A DNA stretch of 64,000 nucleotides from Piromyces finnis finn (taxonomy: Eukaryota > Fungi > Neocallimastigomycota). The stretch is taken from positions 1 through 64,000 of the forward strand of contig MCFH01000049.1 of assembly GCA_002104945.1 (NCBI GenBank). The letters are read 5' to 3'. Of this stretch, positions 39,374-54,615 are shown piece after piece. Below the pieces are notes generated by a model. It saw only the letters and a program-made list of their open reading frames with translations, was not told the origin of the DNA and ran no database searches. The translations under genes were made by a program, and so were the position numbers. The first letter of the stretch is position 1. Each line of letters opens with the position of its first letter.

Positions 39374-41701
39374 TTTTATTAATTATTCTTTACACCTTTT
39401 GGCAAAAGATTAAAAAAAAAAAAAGGAAGGAAGAAAGAAGAAGAAAAAGAAAAAGAAAAATTCTTCTTTTATACCTTTTAAATTCGGAGGTGATTTAAAG
39501 AATTTCTTTTAAAAAAATTAATTTAAATAAATTGAATATATTGAAATATATTGTAATATATAATTAAATTTTTTAATTAAATTTTTAATTCTAATTAAAA
39601 AAATTTATTTAAATATAAAAAAAATAAATTAAAATATCTAATATATTACAATATACTCTAATATATAATTAAATTTAATATTATTATCTTTAACAAATAA
39701 TATTATTTTTAAATAACTAATATTTTTTGTAAAAATAATAATATTTGTAAAAAAAGATTTTAATAAAATATATATTGTTATATTGTTATATATAAATATT
39801 ATAAATATTGCTATACATTATTAGGAATCCTCTATTTTTAAAGGTTTTTTTTATAAATAATTATTTTAAAAATAATAAATTGAAAATGCTGATGAAAGAA
39901 AGGCAGATTTATCATTTATTTCCCCAAAAAAAATTCTTTTAAAAGAAATTCTTAATTCGGAAATTTTTTTTAATTAAAAAATTATAATTAATTAATTATA
40001 TTGTAATATATATTACTTTATACTATAATATATGATATTTATTAATTAATTATATGCATGTATAATAATTAGACTTTAATTATTATACTTGACTATTTTA
40101 CATTATAATTTTTTGTATATATATATTTTTGAATATTGAATATTAAATATTTTCTATGATTATTTAATAATAAATAATTTTTAATGAAAAGAATAACTAA
40201 TAATTAAGAAAGAGGTATATCAAAGATACTATATAGGATTATGGTTACTTTGATAACAAAGATATTTTTATTATTGATATAATGTAATAATAAAATGAAT
40301 TATAACAAATGATTATAGTGATAATACAAAGAAGGTAAGCCTGGAAAAAAGAATTGGAAAGAAGAAAAAACAAATTAACAATATAGAAACTAACATAGTA
40401 AAGAAAATTTTTATATTATATACAATTTATGCTATTTTATAAATTAGATATATATAATACTTATTATTATAAAATTTATTATTATTAGATGAGAGTACAT
40501 ACTCATAAAACATCTAAGGCTTATACTTTTGTTATTAAATTTAATATTCTTCTAATAATATAATAACATTAATCTATTTATATATCATATAAATATAAAA
40601 GTTTCATATATAAAAATTATGATTATATAGTCTAGAAATAGTAATACTCAAAAAAGTATATAATAGAAAAATTCACAATATTAATAATAATTATATAACT
40701 TGATTTATATCATTTATAGGAATGATATAATATAATGAATAGTACACACCTAATATTGGAAAAATTCATAAATGGATTTAATATAAAACTGAATTATATT
40801 ATATATAAAATTTAATATATATATTAACTAAAAATCCAATAATCTATTTTAACATCATTTTAATTAATAATATAATTTTATAAATGTTAGTGTCATGCAT
40901 TATATAAATAGATAAAAAAAAATAATATCTAATATAAAAAAACCTTTAATCCTTAATAATTTTATTTCAATAATTTTTAATTATTAATATTTATATTTAT
41001 TTTATTTGTCCTTTATAGACTCACTAATACATAATACATTAAATAAGTTGTAATTAAAAATGAGATAAAAATTGTTAAATATTTTACATATTATTTACAA
41101 AATACAGTATTTTTTGGTTAAAAGATTCACGATGTTTGTTATAAACATCGTCTGATTCGTTATATTCAAATTCTGTAATATCAATTGAACAACTTTCTCT
41201 ATTTAATATTTCGTTTGTTAATGAATTTGTATAAACAAATTTAGGGACAGAGTGATCAAAGGAAGAATTTGAAGTGACAGAGTTTTCATCAATAGTTATA
41301 ATGATATAATCTCCATTCTTACTTGTTCCAAAAATACTACCTACACATTCATGTCCAACAAGATAGTTTTTAGCTGGCATTGTAACATCTGCTGTAATTT
41401 TGTAGATTAAATAAATATTAAATTGATTATCATCAATAACTTCAATCTTTCCATTTGAACTTTTACCGAATTTATAACCAGAACATCCTTTTTGAGTACA
41501 GGTATAAATGCCATTCTTACTATTAATATAATAACCTAAATCCCCTTTTTTATTACATTCAAAAATATCATTATTAGTTTCACAATAATAAAGTAAACCT
41601 GGTATAGATTTGTCTTCTTGAAGTAAATGTTTATCTTCATCAACGACCAAGTTATAAGTTTTTTCTTCACAATTTACATCCTTATCTTCATTACACTTTA
41701 A

Positions 41702-41880
41702 AATAATATAATATAATATAATATAATATAATATAATATAATATAATATAATATAATATAATATAATATAATATAATATAATATAATATAATATAATATA
41801 ATATAATATAATATAATATAATATAATATAATATAATATAATATAATATAATATAATATAATATAATATAATATAATATA
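41702..41880. repeat. (AATAT)n pentanucleotide microsatellite
   Basis: About 36 perfect units; causes the spurious (YYIIL)n ORFs. Confidence 0.95.
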
Positions 41881-42269
41881 GCATTAATTAAAAAAAAAAA
41901 AGAGAAATCTTTATAATTTTTATTTTTATATACTATCATCTTCAATTGGATCTTCTTTTGGACCTATGATTATTATATTATAATGTTAGATTTCTATTTA
42001 TATTTTAATTTCATTAAAAGATAAATAAACATAAATAATAATAGATTTATACACTTTTTAAGACCGTAATAATTGCATCTTCTACTAATAATTGTATAAC
42101 ATAATCCAGTTGTAATTGACAAGTTTTATTTGCAGGATTCAATTCCATATTATCATAAATATTTAAATCAGGTATTTCACCAGTTAAACCAGAATTAACC
42201 TTGACATATCTGTTACAGTCATTTATTTTTAATCTTTTAAAAAATATTATAACATGAAAATAAAATTTC

Positions 42270-42486
<217 letters not shown>

Positions 42487-42914
42487 TAGTATAAACTTAT
42501 TTTAAAAGAATTCTAAATATTTTAGGTCTTCAGTTTCCGAAGGAATTGAATCTGCTAATTTGTTATTACTTAAATCTCTATATTATTAATAATTAAAATT
42601 AAAAAATATATAAAAAGCTTGTTTACTGTCTTCTTCTTTCTATGTATTAATAATTTAAAGTAATTCATTAATTCATTTTTACAAAGCTTCTAAATATTTA
42701 ATATTTTTTATATCCGATGGGATCGAGTCAGTTAATTAATAAAAATTTAGAATTCCTATTGAATATCAAATCAAATATAATATATATAATATTTATACAT
42801 TAATTCCACATATGGCATGGATCCAAATGAATCAGGGAATACAGTATTTTTGACTTTTTCTTTTGTAAATGTACTATCATATATTTTTAATATTTAATAT
42901 AAATTGTAGGTTCC

Positions 42915-42947
<33 letters not shown>

Positions 42948-43965
42948 TTAATAATTATCTATGGTAATATATTAACTACAAACTTTCTAAATATTGTAAA
43001 TTTTAAATACCTTCAGGAAAAGTCAAAGATAATTCATAATTACTGAAATTACTTTTTAAAATAAATAAAGGATTATTCTTTACCAATTAAATTATTAATA
43101 AATTTGCATTCAACATTAGTCTCTGTATTAATGAATGGATTATTCCTTAAATTTCTATTTTATATAATCAATATATAAATAGATATTTTAAGATATTAAT
43201 ATAACTATAAAAAAAATAATTTTTATTTTTTAATGTAAATATATATTTACAATTCTATTTTATCTGAGAGATCTTTAAATATTTGAGGAATTTCACCAAA
43301 TAATTGATTATTATTTAATTTTCTATAATATATATTCAATTATAATATTTTTCAAATTAAAAAAAGCCACAAATGAATTTGACTAAAAAATATATAATCA
43401 GTTATATATATAAGTTGAAAATATATAGGTATTTATTATTAACAAAAGGCATATAAAAAAGTTTTAAAGTATCTAGAATATTTTTAAATATTTTTTTTAT
43501 TTAAAACCATAAAATAATAAATATTAATTGTTATTTGATGAAGTATAAAAATGATTTCTCAAAAACTAAACTATTTAATATTTATTAATTATATAAAAAC
43601 TAGAAAATTTTGTCAACTTTATTGAAGATATATTTTCCTTATTTAGATGATCTGGATAATTTATTTTGTTAAAATTATTACATAAATATTTCATATTCAA
43701 TAACTTGGTTTATATTTGGATAGAGAATTAGAAATCATTATTAAAAAATATATTTTTTATTACCATTTTAAAATAGATGAGATACAGTTATTAATGTATT
43801 AAAGCATTAAAATAGTTTCATTATATACCATTATGAATAATTTTAAAATTTTTTTGTTTATGAAAATATATTTTGTATTAAATACCATTTTCTGAATATT
43901 TCCAATTTAAATTACATATCTAAAGGTACTAAGAAGGAACTTAACCACATAATTAATTTGTCCGC

Positions 43966-44659
43966 CTGATATATAGTAAACATTTTATTTTTTTATTTTT
44001 ATTTTATTTTAAAAATATTAAATACCTTTAATTTTTTTCCATATATTCGAAATAAATTTATTTATTAGTTGTAAAGTAATTGAATATTTATATATATAAA
44101 TATAAATATTTCAAATAATATCAAATCAGCATTTCCATATTACTAAAGCATCTTTTTTATATTAAACAAAAGTAGTATATATATATATATAAATATAAAA
44201 ATAAATAAATTCTAAATAAAAGTTATTATTTTCAATAATTTAAGATTAACTTTAAAAAAATACATTTAAATACATGTTAATTTTAAAAAGAAAAAAAAAC
44301 ACTATAAAGAATAATAAATAATAAATAGCTATTCTTTTTTAATTTTTCAAAATAAATAAAGTAACCAAAAAAGTTATTAAAATTAACCTGGTAAAGATAT
44401 GGAATATTTATTATAAACTTTAATTGAAATTAAACCATTTTTATTATTATAAAATTCCTTTATATATATAATTAAACTATTTAAATCTTATCGCTTTTAA
44501 AAAATAGATATTATCCATTTTTATTAATACTATATTATTTAAACATTGGACATTTTATTTAATTATTTAATAATTTTAGGATAAAATAAGTTTATTCCTG
44601 TATTAAGATACTTATCTTTCATTATAAATTATTTAATATTCTTTTATAGCATGTCGAAA
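43966..44659. mobile_element. ~695-bp non-coding dispersed repeat, copy 1 (inverted copy at 59816-60510)
   Basis: Near-identical reverse complement with sharp ends (ctgatatatag...gcatgtcgaaa). No ORF, TIR or TSD seen; mobility is inferred from dispersion. Confidence 0.6.
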
Positions 44660-44807
44660 TAATATATATATTTATAATTTATACAATCTTTGAATATTAA
44701 CATCTTATCATAATTTAATTATTAATTTGAAAATAAAAATTTTAATACTTTACATGTTTACATAGCTAAAAAAACTTTTTTTATTTTGGTGAAATTTTTG
44801 GTAAATC

Positions 44808-44841
<34 letters not shown>

Positions 44842-45386
44842 TATTTGTGTTGTTACTTTAAAAATAATTAATAAAAAGGTCAAAGGATTTATTATTATTT
44901 TTAAAAACCATACTATAATCTTTTTATTTATAATAATATTATAAAATATTATATTTAGTTACTACTAAAAACATTACTTTTTTTTAATATTAAAAACAAA
45001 CAAATTATAAAGTTTTTTTTTATTCCAAAGTATAATTTGTAACATAATGTATTAAAATAACGTATACAACAAATTTTTTATATAAATTTTCAGTTTAATT
45101 AATATTGAAAAAGTTAAAATTATGATAAATGTAATTCTTTCGCCGATGTAAATTTAAACATATTTATAGATTTGTAAAATAAATAAAAAGGAACATATAT
45201 GTTAAAATAATAACATTTCTTTATAGTCTAACAAAAATTAAAAAGTTTATGTTTTGAGTAATTTTTAAGAATTTATATTTATATAAAATTTTGAAATATT
45301 TATTAATTAAAAGAATGATAGAAATATAAAGTTATAATAAAGATTTCAAATTAAAGAAATTTAAATATTAGATATTTATTGATTTC

Positions 45387-47858
45387 TTAATTTTCATCAT
45401 TTGAAGAATTATTTCTACTTTCTTCTATGGTAAAGTTTCTGTTTTTTGCTTTTAGATATATTAACACCACCACTGTAATAAATAATAGAATACATACTGA
45501 AATAATAATAATCGTTAAAAGAGGTGACCTTTTATCCTCTTCAGTTTCTAATAACGGATTATTTGATACATTTCTTAATATTTGAATTAAAAACGTAAAA
45601 TAATATAATTAATAATTTAACATCATAATAAAAAGAAATTTATATTAAAGTATATTTAAATTTATATTTTGATAGAGTAAAACTTATTTACAATTTTATA
45701 TCCTTTTTTTTTAATTCTTTTGGAATGGAACCACTTAAATTATTATCATTTAAGAGTCTATTTTGTTTTTCATATTAAAATAATATTAACAATAAAATAA
45801 AAATTGTAAATATATTATATTATATTTTGTTAACTTGTTCAATAAATAATAAAAACTTTTAATTACAAAGATTTTAAATTAGATAAATTTCCTAGCTCAG
45901 ATGGAATAGATCCTGATAATTTATTAAAAGATAAATCTCTATATTATACAAAAATAAGATATTATGCAAAAAAATATGTTATATTTTTTATTATTAATTA
46001 TCATTATTATTGTTGTTGTTGTTATTTTTATTTTAATTACAATTTTTCCATATTAGTTAGCTTTCCAAGTTCAGGAGGAATAGAATCTACCAGAAAGTTA
46101 TCGGATAAATCTCTATCATATTAAATTATACATTTAATATTAAATATAATAGTAAATATGTAATAATATTCATTTATTAAAATAAAGTATGTTAACATTC
46201 AGCAATTACAATGTTTTTAAATTAGACAAATTTCCGAGTTCAGAAGGTATAGAACCAATTAAATCATTTATATTAAGTTCTCTATTTTAAATAAAATAAT
46301 AATTATGTATATTACATAATAAGTAAATATTTAATTTTAAATAATAATGTTTTAAAATTTTTTAAATATATACAAATTCTTTAATTTTGATAATTTTCCA
46401 AATTCCCGAGGTATATGTCCAGATAAATAGTTATATGAAAAATCACTTTTTTATATTTAATAAAATATTAAGTATCAATCAATAAATGTATAGTATTTAA
46501 TATACTAATTAATATATTACATCAACTATAAATATAAATATTAAACCCATTTATTATTACATTCTTTCCAGATTTGATAAATTTCCAAGTTCGGATGGTA
46601 TTTTACCATCTATTAAATTTTGATCTATAACTCTTTTCAAATGAAAGTTATGGGAAATAATAAATTATTATTTAATAGTATTTAATTGATTGATATTTAA
46701 TTATTATTTTTAATTAATTACAATGTTTTTAAATTTGATAATTTTCCAAGTGAAGAAGGAATTGAACCTGTTATATTATTTCTAGTAATATACCTTTTTT
46801 TTTTTCGTATAAAGTATATAATAAATTAATGCCTTTTTCATAAACATGTAACATAAAATGATATCTAAATAGTTACATTTCTTTCAAATTTGTTAAATTT
46901 CCAAGTTCAGATGGCAAAGTACCATTTATACTTTTTCCATGCAAATATCTTTAATGAATTAAAAGTAAATTCAAAATTTAATAAACATAACAATAATAAT
47001 TAATATAAGAAATTTTAATAAATACAGTACATATATTCTAATTTTGATAAGTTTCCAAGTTCAGGTGGTATGGTACTAGATAATTTATCTCCATATATAT
47101 ATCTATTGAAATGTACAAAATATGTTATTATAAATATAAAAACATATTTGATGATTAATAAAATAATATAATTAGGTAAAAAAGCATTTACAAATATTCT
47201 AGATTTGTTAAGTTTCCGAGCTCAGATGGTATAGAACCTTTTAAATTTTTTCCACTTATACTCCTGTTTCCAAATAAAAATATATATAAATATAAAAATC
47301 ATTTTTTAATAGATATAATATTTATTATGTATTATAAAGCATTACAAATATGTTAGATATGTTAAATTTCCAAATTCAGGTGGTATGGATCTATTTAAAC
47401 AGTAAAAATATATTTGAATATTTTATTAATAAATATTATAAAATCTTGAATATATAATGATCATTTATATAAAAAGTAATATTAGTAATATTAAAAAAAA
47501 AAAAAAAAAAACGTATTACTTTTCATTTGTAATATCTTCAACTTCATCAGAATTTGAATAACCAAAATTAAAATTTCTTTTATTTAATAAAAATTGTTAT
47601 TAATACTACTAATAAAAAATATTTACAATTATAAATATCTAATAATGAAATAAATATTTTAATATTAATTCATTACATTCTAATTATATGACCATCATCT
47701 GAACATATAATATTCTTGTGTATACAACAATCAAATGATAGATCTATATTTAATAATTTATTTACTATTTCACATTCTTTATTAATATCTTTTTCAGCAA
47801 GTATAAATTTTATTATAAAAATGAAATTAATCAATAAAATAAATATATTCATTATCAA
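45387..47858 (-). CDS. LRR receptor-like protein 1: signal peptide, Cys cap, 11 LRR exons (plant-type 24-aa xLxxNxLxGxIP), TM helix, short tail; 394 aa, 14 exons
   Basis: Exons 47677-47858, 47520-47576, 47346-47390, 47192-47263, 47031-47102, 46877-46948, 46722-46793, 46561-46632, 46374-46445, 46210-46281, 46041-46112, 45867-45938, 45692-45757, 45387-45573. All GT-AG phase 2; 1185 nt, stop-free; TM LLTIIIISVCILLFITVVVLIYL followed by KAKNR. Confidence 0.9.
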
Positions 47859-48197
47859 AAATATTTTTATACTATTTAAAAATAATAAAATGAAAGGTAT
47901 AATAAAAAAAATCCTACTAAATCTATTATTTTTTAAAAATACTTTAATAACTTTTATAGGACTATTAATAAAAATTAAAAATAAAATTTTCCATCCGTGT
48001 ATGGAATAAGGTTCAATGATAAATTGTAATTATTTATGTTTTTAAGAAAAGTATTAATTTTCTTTTTAATGAACTTTAAATTATTTAATTTTATTTTGAA
48101 TTATGTTAGCTCTGTTTAATTGTACTATTTTTCTATTATTTAAACTATTTGAAATTATCATTTCTCCCGATAGCATATGGCTAACAATACAAAATAC

Positions 48198-48420
48198 TAT
48201 AGAAATACGCTCTATATAGAATTAATAAGAATTAATGAATAATTTTCCTATTTCTAATAATTAAAGATACATAATTCTATATGGACTATTATAAAAAATA
48301 TAACATTTAATTATTAGCTATTTTTGATGTTTCCTACATTTATATACATTATTTAATATTTTAATACAATAATTACTTATATAATGAACTATAATTTTTA
48401 TTATTTTATATTTCATATCT
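48198..48420. repeat. ~220-bp direct repeat upstream of RLP1, second copy at ~58555-58790 upstream of RLP3
   Basis: Shared tagaattaataagaatt(a/g)atgaat...ctaataattaaagatac...attattagctatttttgat...ataatgaactataatttttattattttat. Confidence 0.75.
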
Positions 48421-49082
48421 ACTAATTATTAGAATGACTCAATTTAATAATTAAAGCCCATTAAATAAGAATAAATATATTATATTTATTGTTTTTAATC
48501 AGCATAGATTAAAAGGTTCAGTTCCTTTACATAATATGTAAATTGACATATTTAATTATGTTTTAATAAAAGTTTTATACTAATTTTCTATGCTATTTTA
48601 AATTATAATTTTAATATATCCTTTTTTTCTCAAGTATCATTTAAAAAAAAAACAAATAATTCATCTTAAATATTGCTATAAAAATTAGTTATTTAAAATA
48701 TATTCTCTCTTTATTTAAGCTTTACATAATTATTGTTATTTATTTTATTGAGCTTTTCTATTAGAATTGGACTATTACAGAAACAATTTATTAAAAATAA
48801 TGTTTTCGTTCGTTGTGTTAATTAGAATGTCAGATAATGGCATGCACTCATAGAGATTATATAATGTATAGATAGGGTGAAATGTATTAAAATTGGTAAT
48901 CTTGTTGTGTTTTATTTATATTTCCATTAATTTTTATAAATATACAATTATTACATGAAATAATTTTTGTTTATCTTATTATATTATATATATATATATA
49001 TCAAATAAAATTAAACAGTATGACAATTTTAGTTAATATTTTTATACACTAAATTGAAAATAAAATGAATTATTTGAATTTA

Positions 49083-49113
<31 letters not shown>

Positions 49114-51066
49114 TATGATTTGTTATTTTGTCAACTTTTGATATTGAAGTACCCTTATAAAATAATATTTTATTATATTATTAAATTATCATTAAAATAA
49201 CAATATTATTATTATTATTATTATTATTATTAAATTCTTTTTAAATATATTTTCTTTTATGTTTGAATGAGGTTTTTTCGATTGTGTAAATATTTGAAAC
49301 GATATTAGCCCTTTCAAGTGATTAAAAAATAGGAGGTGTATTTGAAAAAGAATTATTATTTATTCGTATTTACCAAAGTAACATATCCTAATCCTAATTT
49401 ATAGGAGAAAATCTCAAGTGTAAAACCAGAAAATAAAACATGGTAAATTAGTTTTTATCATGATTTAGACATTAATTTAGTTTACATTGGAGATTAAATT
49501 ATATTTTTATCTGGGTGAAATGTTTAATACTTTCATAATTAAACTTTCATATACAAAAACAAATAAATTTTTAGAATAGAAGAAAAAAGAAAATTACTTT
49601 CTTAACAAAGAACTTTTAATATTTTCTAAAAATAATAATATTTTTATAATATTTATTTGTATTTGCTTTTACTTAATAAACAACTATTATTAATAGAAAG
49701 CTGAAATAATGACATGGCTTCAATTAAATATGTAATATAAACAGTTTATAAAAATTAAAAAAAAAAAACCTCAACATTTCATTATTAAATTTTATTTTTA
49801 ACAAAGAAATTATATATTAATTTTTAAAAAAAAATAAATAATAGAGATAAAGAAATAAACATTGTAAGTAATAGTATTTAAAGTATTTAAATAAAATTTT
49901 ATTTATTATTGACTGTGATATTTTTTAAATTATATTATATCTACATATTGACATAATTTAAAAAATACGAATTATTAGATATAAACAATATATTTAATAA
50001 ACTTGTTTTTATATAAGTATATAAGTAGAGAATTAGAAATTATTAATTAAAGATATTAACTTATTTAAATGCTTTAGATTTTAAATTTTTTGATTAGTTA
50101 TTTTTTTGTATATTTCAATTAAGATTTTGGAAAGAATATATTAGAACCTGAAAGTTATCGTATATTAAAGATTTAAAATTTAAATGACTAAGTTGTAAAC
50201 TTTATTTAAGATATAATAGTTTCTTGAGTCTTGAATGTTATATCATTGTTCTAGTACATAAAAAAAATTAAAATTGTTTATATGTTGGTTTATTCATACT
50301 AACAATAAATAAACAATTCAAATATGGATTCTAGTCAGTCCTAAAAAATAATTTATATCTTATATTATTAATATTATTTTTTCCTCTAAATTATATATAA
50401 TATATATGATATATACATCATGTTAAGTTTATATCTTAATTTATTAATAAATTTTCAATAAAATATAATTTCCTACATTTTTAATCCAATTAAAGTTAAT
50501 AAGAGTATAAAATTTTTATTTTATTTTTTTTGTTGTTGGAATTATTACATTTTTTGTGGAAGATGTTATTAAATTTCCCTTTTTTTTTTTTATGAAATTA
50601 ACTTGTGTGGAATTCAAATTAATTAATATATTAATGATATAATTGGTATTTAATAAAAGTGGAATCAATTTATTATTTCTTTAATAATAATACTAATTTT
50701 ATTCAATTTTTATTTTTTTTATTTCAAATTATAAGTTTATATTTATTATAGAAAATATATTAATATTAATAGTTTTCTTGTTGAATCATATATTATATAC
50801 TAATTAAGAAAAAGTAAGTATTCTCAAAATTTAATAAATACTCCAATATAAAGAAAAGAAAGAAAGGAGTGTTAATTTTAAATTTATTGATTTGATTTAT
50901 TTTATTTATTTAATATATAATATTTACTTTAATTTATAGTTTATTGAAAGTTCTATTTTAAAATAAAATAAATAAAAATTATTTTATTTATATTTTATTC
51001 ATTTAAATTATTAATAATAATTGATAACATATTTAAAAAGATGTATATTTGTAGATCTATTTGCTT

Positions 51067-53617
51067 TCATGAACAATTAGATACTTTAACATTTTTTAGA
51101 GTATTGCCAATTGTACTAGTTTTATTTCCATTATCATAGATTTTCCTTTTAGTTTTTAGATATATTAATAATATTACTATAGCAAGAACTAAAATACATA
51201 TAATTGCAATAATTATATATGAAATTGATGAATCATTATCTTCAGTTTCTAATAACGGATTATTTGATATGTTTCTTAATTTATAAATTTAAGTTAATAC
51301 ATGTAATTATTAATTTAAAAAATGATAAAATATATATTAATAGATTAATAGTATAGTTTATTTACAATTTTATTTCCATTTTTTTTAATTTTTTTGGAAT
51401 TGAACCACTTAAGTTATTTTCTGCTAAATTTCTATAAATTATACAAAGTAAAAAAAAGTTATATGTTACTTATAACATTTTATTTCATATTATTTTAATT
51501 AAAAAAAATTTAATTACAAAGATTTTAAATTTGATAAATTCCCAAGTTCAGGTGGAATAGATCCTGATAATTCATTATGAGCCAAGAATCTTTCAATTAT
51601 AAAAACAAATTATTAAATATAGAAATTATTATTATTATTATTATTATTATTTTAACTACAGTTTTTCTAATTTAGATAGTTTTCCTAGTTCTGGTGGAAT
51701 AGAATCTACTAAATAATTACTACTTAAATCCCTAAAAGTTAAAATTTAATAATAAAGAAATTATTAATAATTATAATTATTTTAAAAAATTATAGAAATA
51801 TATGACAATTAAAATTACAAGGTTTTTAAATTAGATAGGTTTCCAAGTTCAGGAGGTATAGGACCAATTAAATCATTTAAATCAAGATCTCTGTTTTAAA
51901 TAAAATTAAAATTTGCATGAAATAATATTAAAATAAGAATTATTATATAAATAATGTTATTTTAATTTATTCTTTTTTTTAATACTTACAAATTTTTTAA
52001 TTTAGATAATTTTCCTAGTTCTGGTGGTATTTGACCAGATAACGTATTATTGGAAAAGTCTCTATTTTACATGTCATTTGAAATATTAATAAAAGTAAAA
52101 AATTTATTAATAATTAACATATTATTAATAATTACTATAATATTTATTTAAAAATCTTATTAATTAATAAAAAAGCGAAAGTATTACATTCTTTCTAATT
52201 TTGATAAATTTCCAAGTTCAGGTGGTATTTCACCACTAATAGAATTTTGATCTATTACTCTTTTCAATTAATAATAACGTAAATGGTGGAATTATTAAAC
52301 TATTATTAAATAGTTTTTAATTAATTACTATTTATTAAATATTTTTTATTACAATGTTTTTAAATTCGATAATTTTCCAAATGAAGAAGGAATTGGTCCT
52401 GTTAAATAATTTCTTGAAAAATACCTATTATAAATAGAATTATAGATAAATTAATAATAGAATATAATAATACCTTAATACTTTTTTTCATTTTTCTTTA
52501 ATAAATATTTAATTAATAAACATTACATTTCTTGCATATTTGATAAATTTCCAAGTTCAGATGGTATAGTACCATTAATATATTTTCCATGCAAATATCT
52601 ATTATTAAAATTAAAAAATAATTAAAATCATAGGGATTATTACAAATATAATAAATGTGATAAACATAATTACATTTTATTAATATAAATAATTTAATAA
52701 CATGTACATATAAAATAATTTTTTTAAATTCCCAATTTCAGGTGTATAGAAGTAACCAATTTATCTCCATATATATATCTTTTTAAAAATTAAAGTATTT
52801 ATTGTAATTTTAAAGTTAATATAAAAAATAGATATAAATAATAATGTAATAATCAAATAGAAAATTTTAAAACAATTACAAATATTCTAAATTTGTTAAA
52901 TTTCCAAGTTCAGGTGGTATAGAACCTCTTAAGTTTTCTCCTTTTATACTCCTATTTTCGAATAAAAATATAAATATTATATATTATAAATATAAAATTG
53001 AATTATATTTTATTATATATTATATATTATATATTATTTATTATAAATTTTACAAGTATGTTAAGTTTGTTAAATTCCCAAGTTCAGATGGTATGCATCT
53101 ATTTTAATCATTTAAAAAATATAAAATCTTAATATAATAATAAATTATATATATAATAATATTAATATAGAAATAATTAATTAATTACTACCTATATTTA
53201 TCATTTGTAATATCATCTTCTCCATCAGTATATTTAATATCTAAGTTTCTTTTATTAACATGAATAATAAAGATGAATAAAGAATATTAAAATTAAAAAA
53301 TATAAATCACATCACTTTATAAATTTTAAATATTGTTGAATATTAAGATTGGATATTTAACCGATTAAAAATATGCTTTAATATTTTTTAAAAAAATATC
53401 ATAATTAACAAAATATTAAAATTTTGATTTATTACATCCTCGTAATATGACCATCATTTGAACATAAAATATCTCCATGTGTACAACAATCAAATGATGG
53501 ATCTTTGTTTAATAATTTGTTTACTCCTTCACATTCCTTATTAACATTGGTTTGTGCATAAATGAATTTTACTATTAAAATGAAATTAATTAAAAAAATA
53601 GGTATATCCATTTTCAA
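51067..53617 (-). CDS. LRR receptor-like protein 2, 14 exons; exon 5 carries a 1-bp deletion (pseudogene, exon-skipped isoform or sequence error)
   Basis: Exon 1 53436-53617 (182 nt, as in RLP1 and RLP3); exon 2 53192-53248; same exon series. Exon 5 52708-52778 is 71 nt instead of 72. TM ISYIIIAIICILVLAIVILLIYL; stop at 51067. Confidence 0.78.
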
Positions 53618-54615
53618 TGAATATTTTTATTATTTAAAAAAAATAATATTTTTTTTTTTTTTTGTTAAGTAAATATATATATTGATATATTTTTTGAATT
53701 TATAAAAAAAATCTAGTTAAGTTTAATAATTTAAACTATTTTTAAGACCTTTAAAATAATTTTTATCCATATTTTATAATTCTGTTTTAATAAAATAATT
53801 AAAAAAATATAATAAATTTAAATAATCATATATTATAAATTATGAAAGTAGGTTAAATTTTGACTATTTATTTTTATTAGCAAATACATAAATATTTAAC
53901 TACTTATTCATTTCCAAATATAATATATCATAAAATGGTATATTATAAAATATCATAAATAAGCCTTTAAAATAAATCTTAATTTTAAATAAAATAAATT
54001 AATATATTTAAAAATTGTTATATAATTCAATAATAAATATTATAACCTATCAAAAATAGATATTTCTTTTTTAAAATATATCATATATATACATATCTAG
54101 TGTAAGTTAATTTTTTAATAAAATCTTTTTAAGAAATAAATTAAGCAATTTAAGTTTTGAAAAATAAAAACTTTAATTCATGGAGATTATTTACTTTCTT
54201 GAGCAATTAGATAGTATAGTTTTTCAATAGTTCGATTACAATATAGGATTAATAAATAAAAATAATAAAAATCAATATGATTGCTTTTCTTTTAGTAAAT
54301 AAGTACAAAGCAAAAATAATTAAAAATATTAAAAAAAAAGGATTAAAATACATTTTTTATTAAAATTTTAATTTTTTTTAAATTATTGAATAAAAATATA
54401 TAATAAAATGTTATATACAAAGTATTAAATTTAATATCAATTGTAAATCATTATTACTTAATAATTAATAACTTTAAATTATAATTATTTTATTAAATCA
54501 TATTATAATTAATATAAAAAGTATACTTTCATTTAATAAGAATCATTATAATTAATACTATTAATCAATATCTATGTTCATTAGCAATAACCATTTAGTA
54601 TTTTCCAATTAGCAA

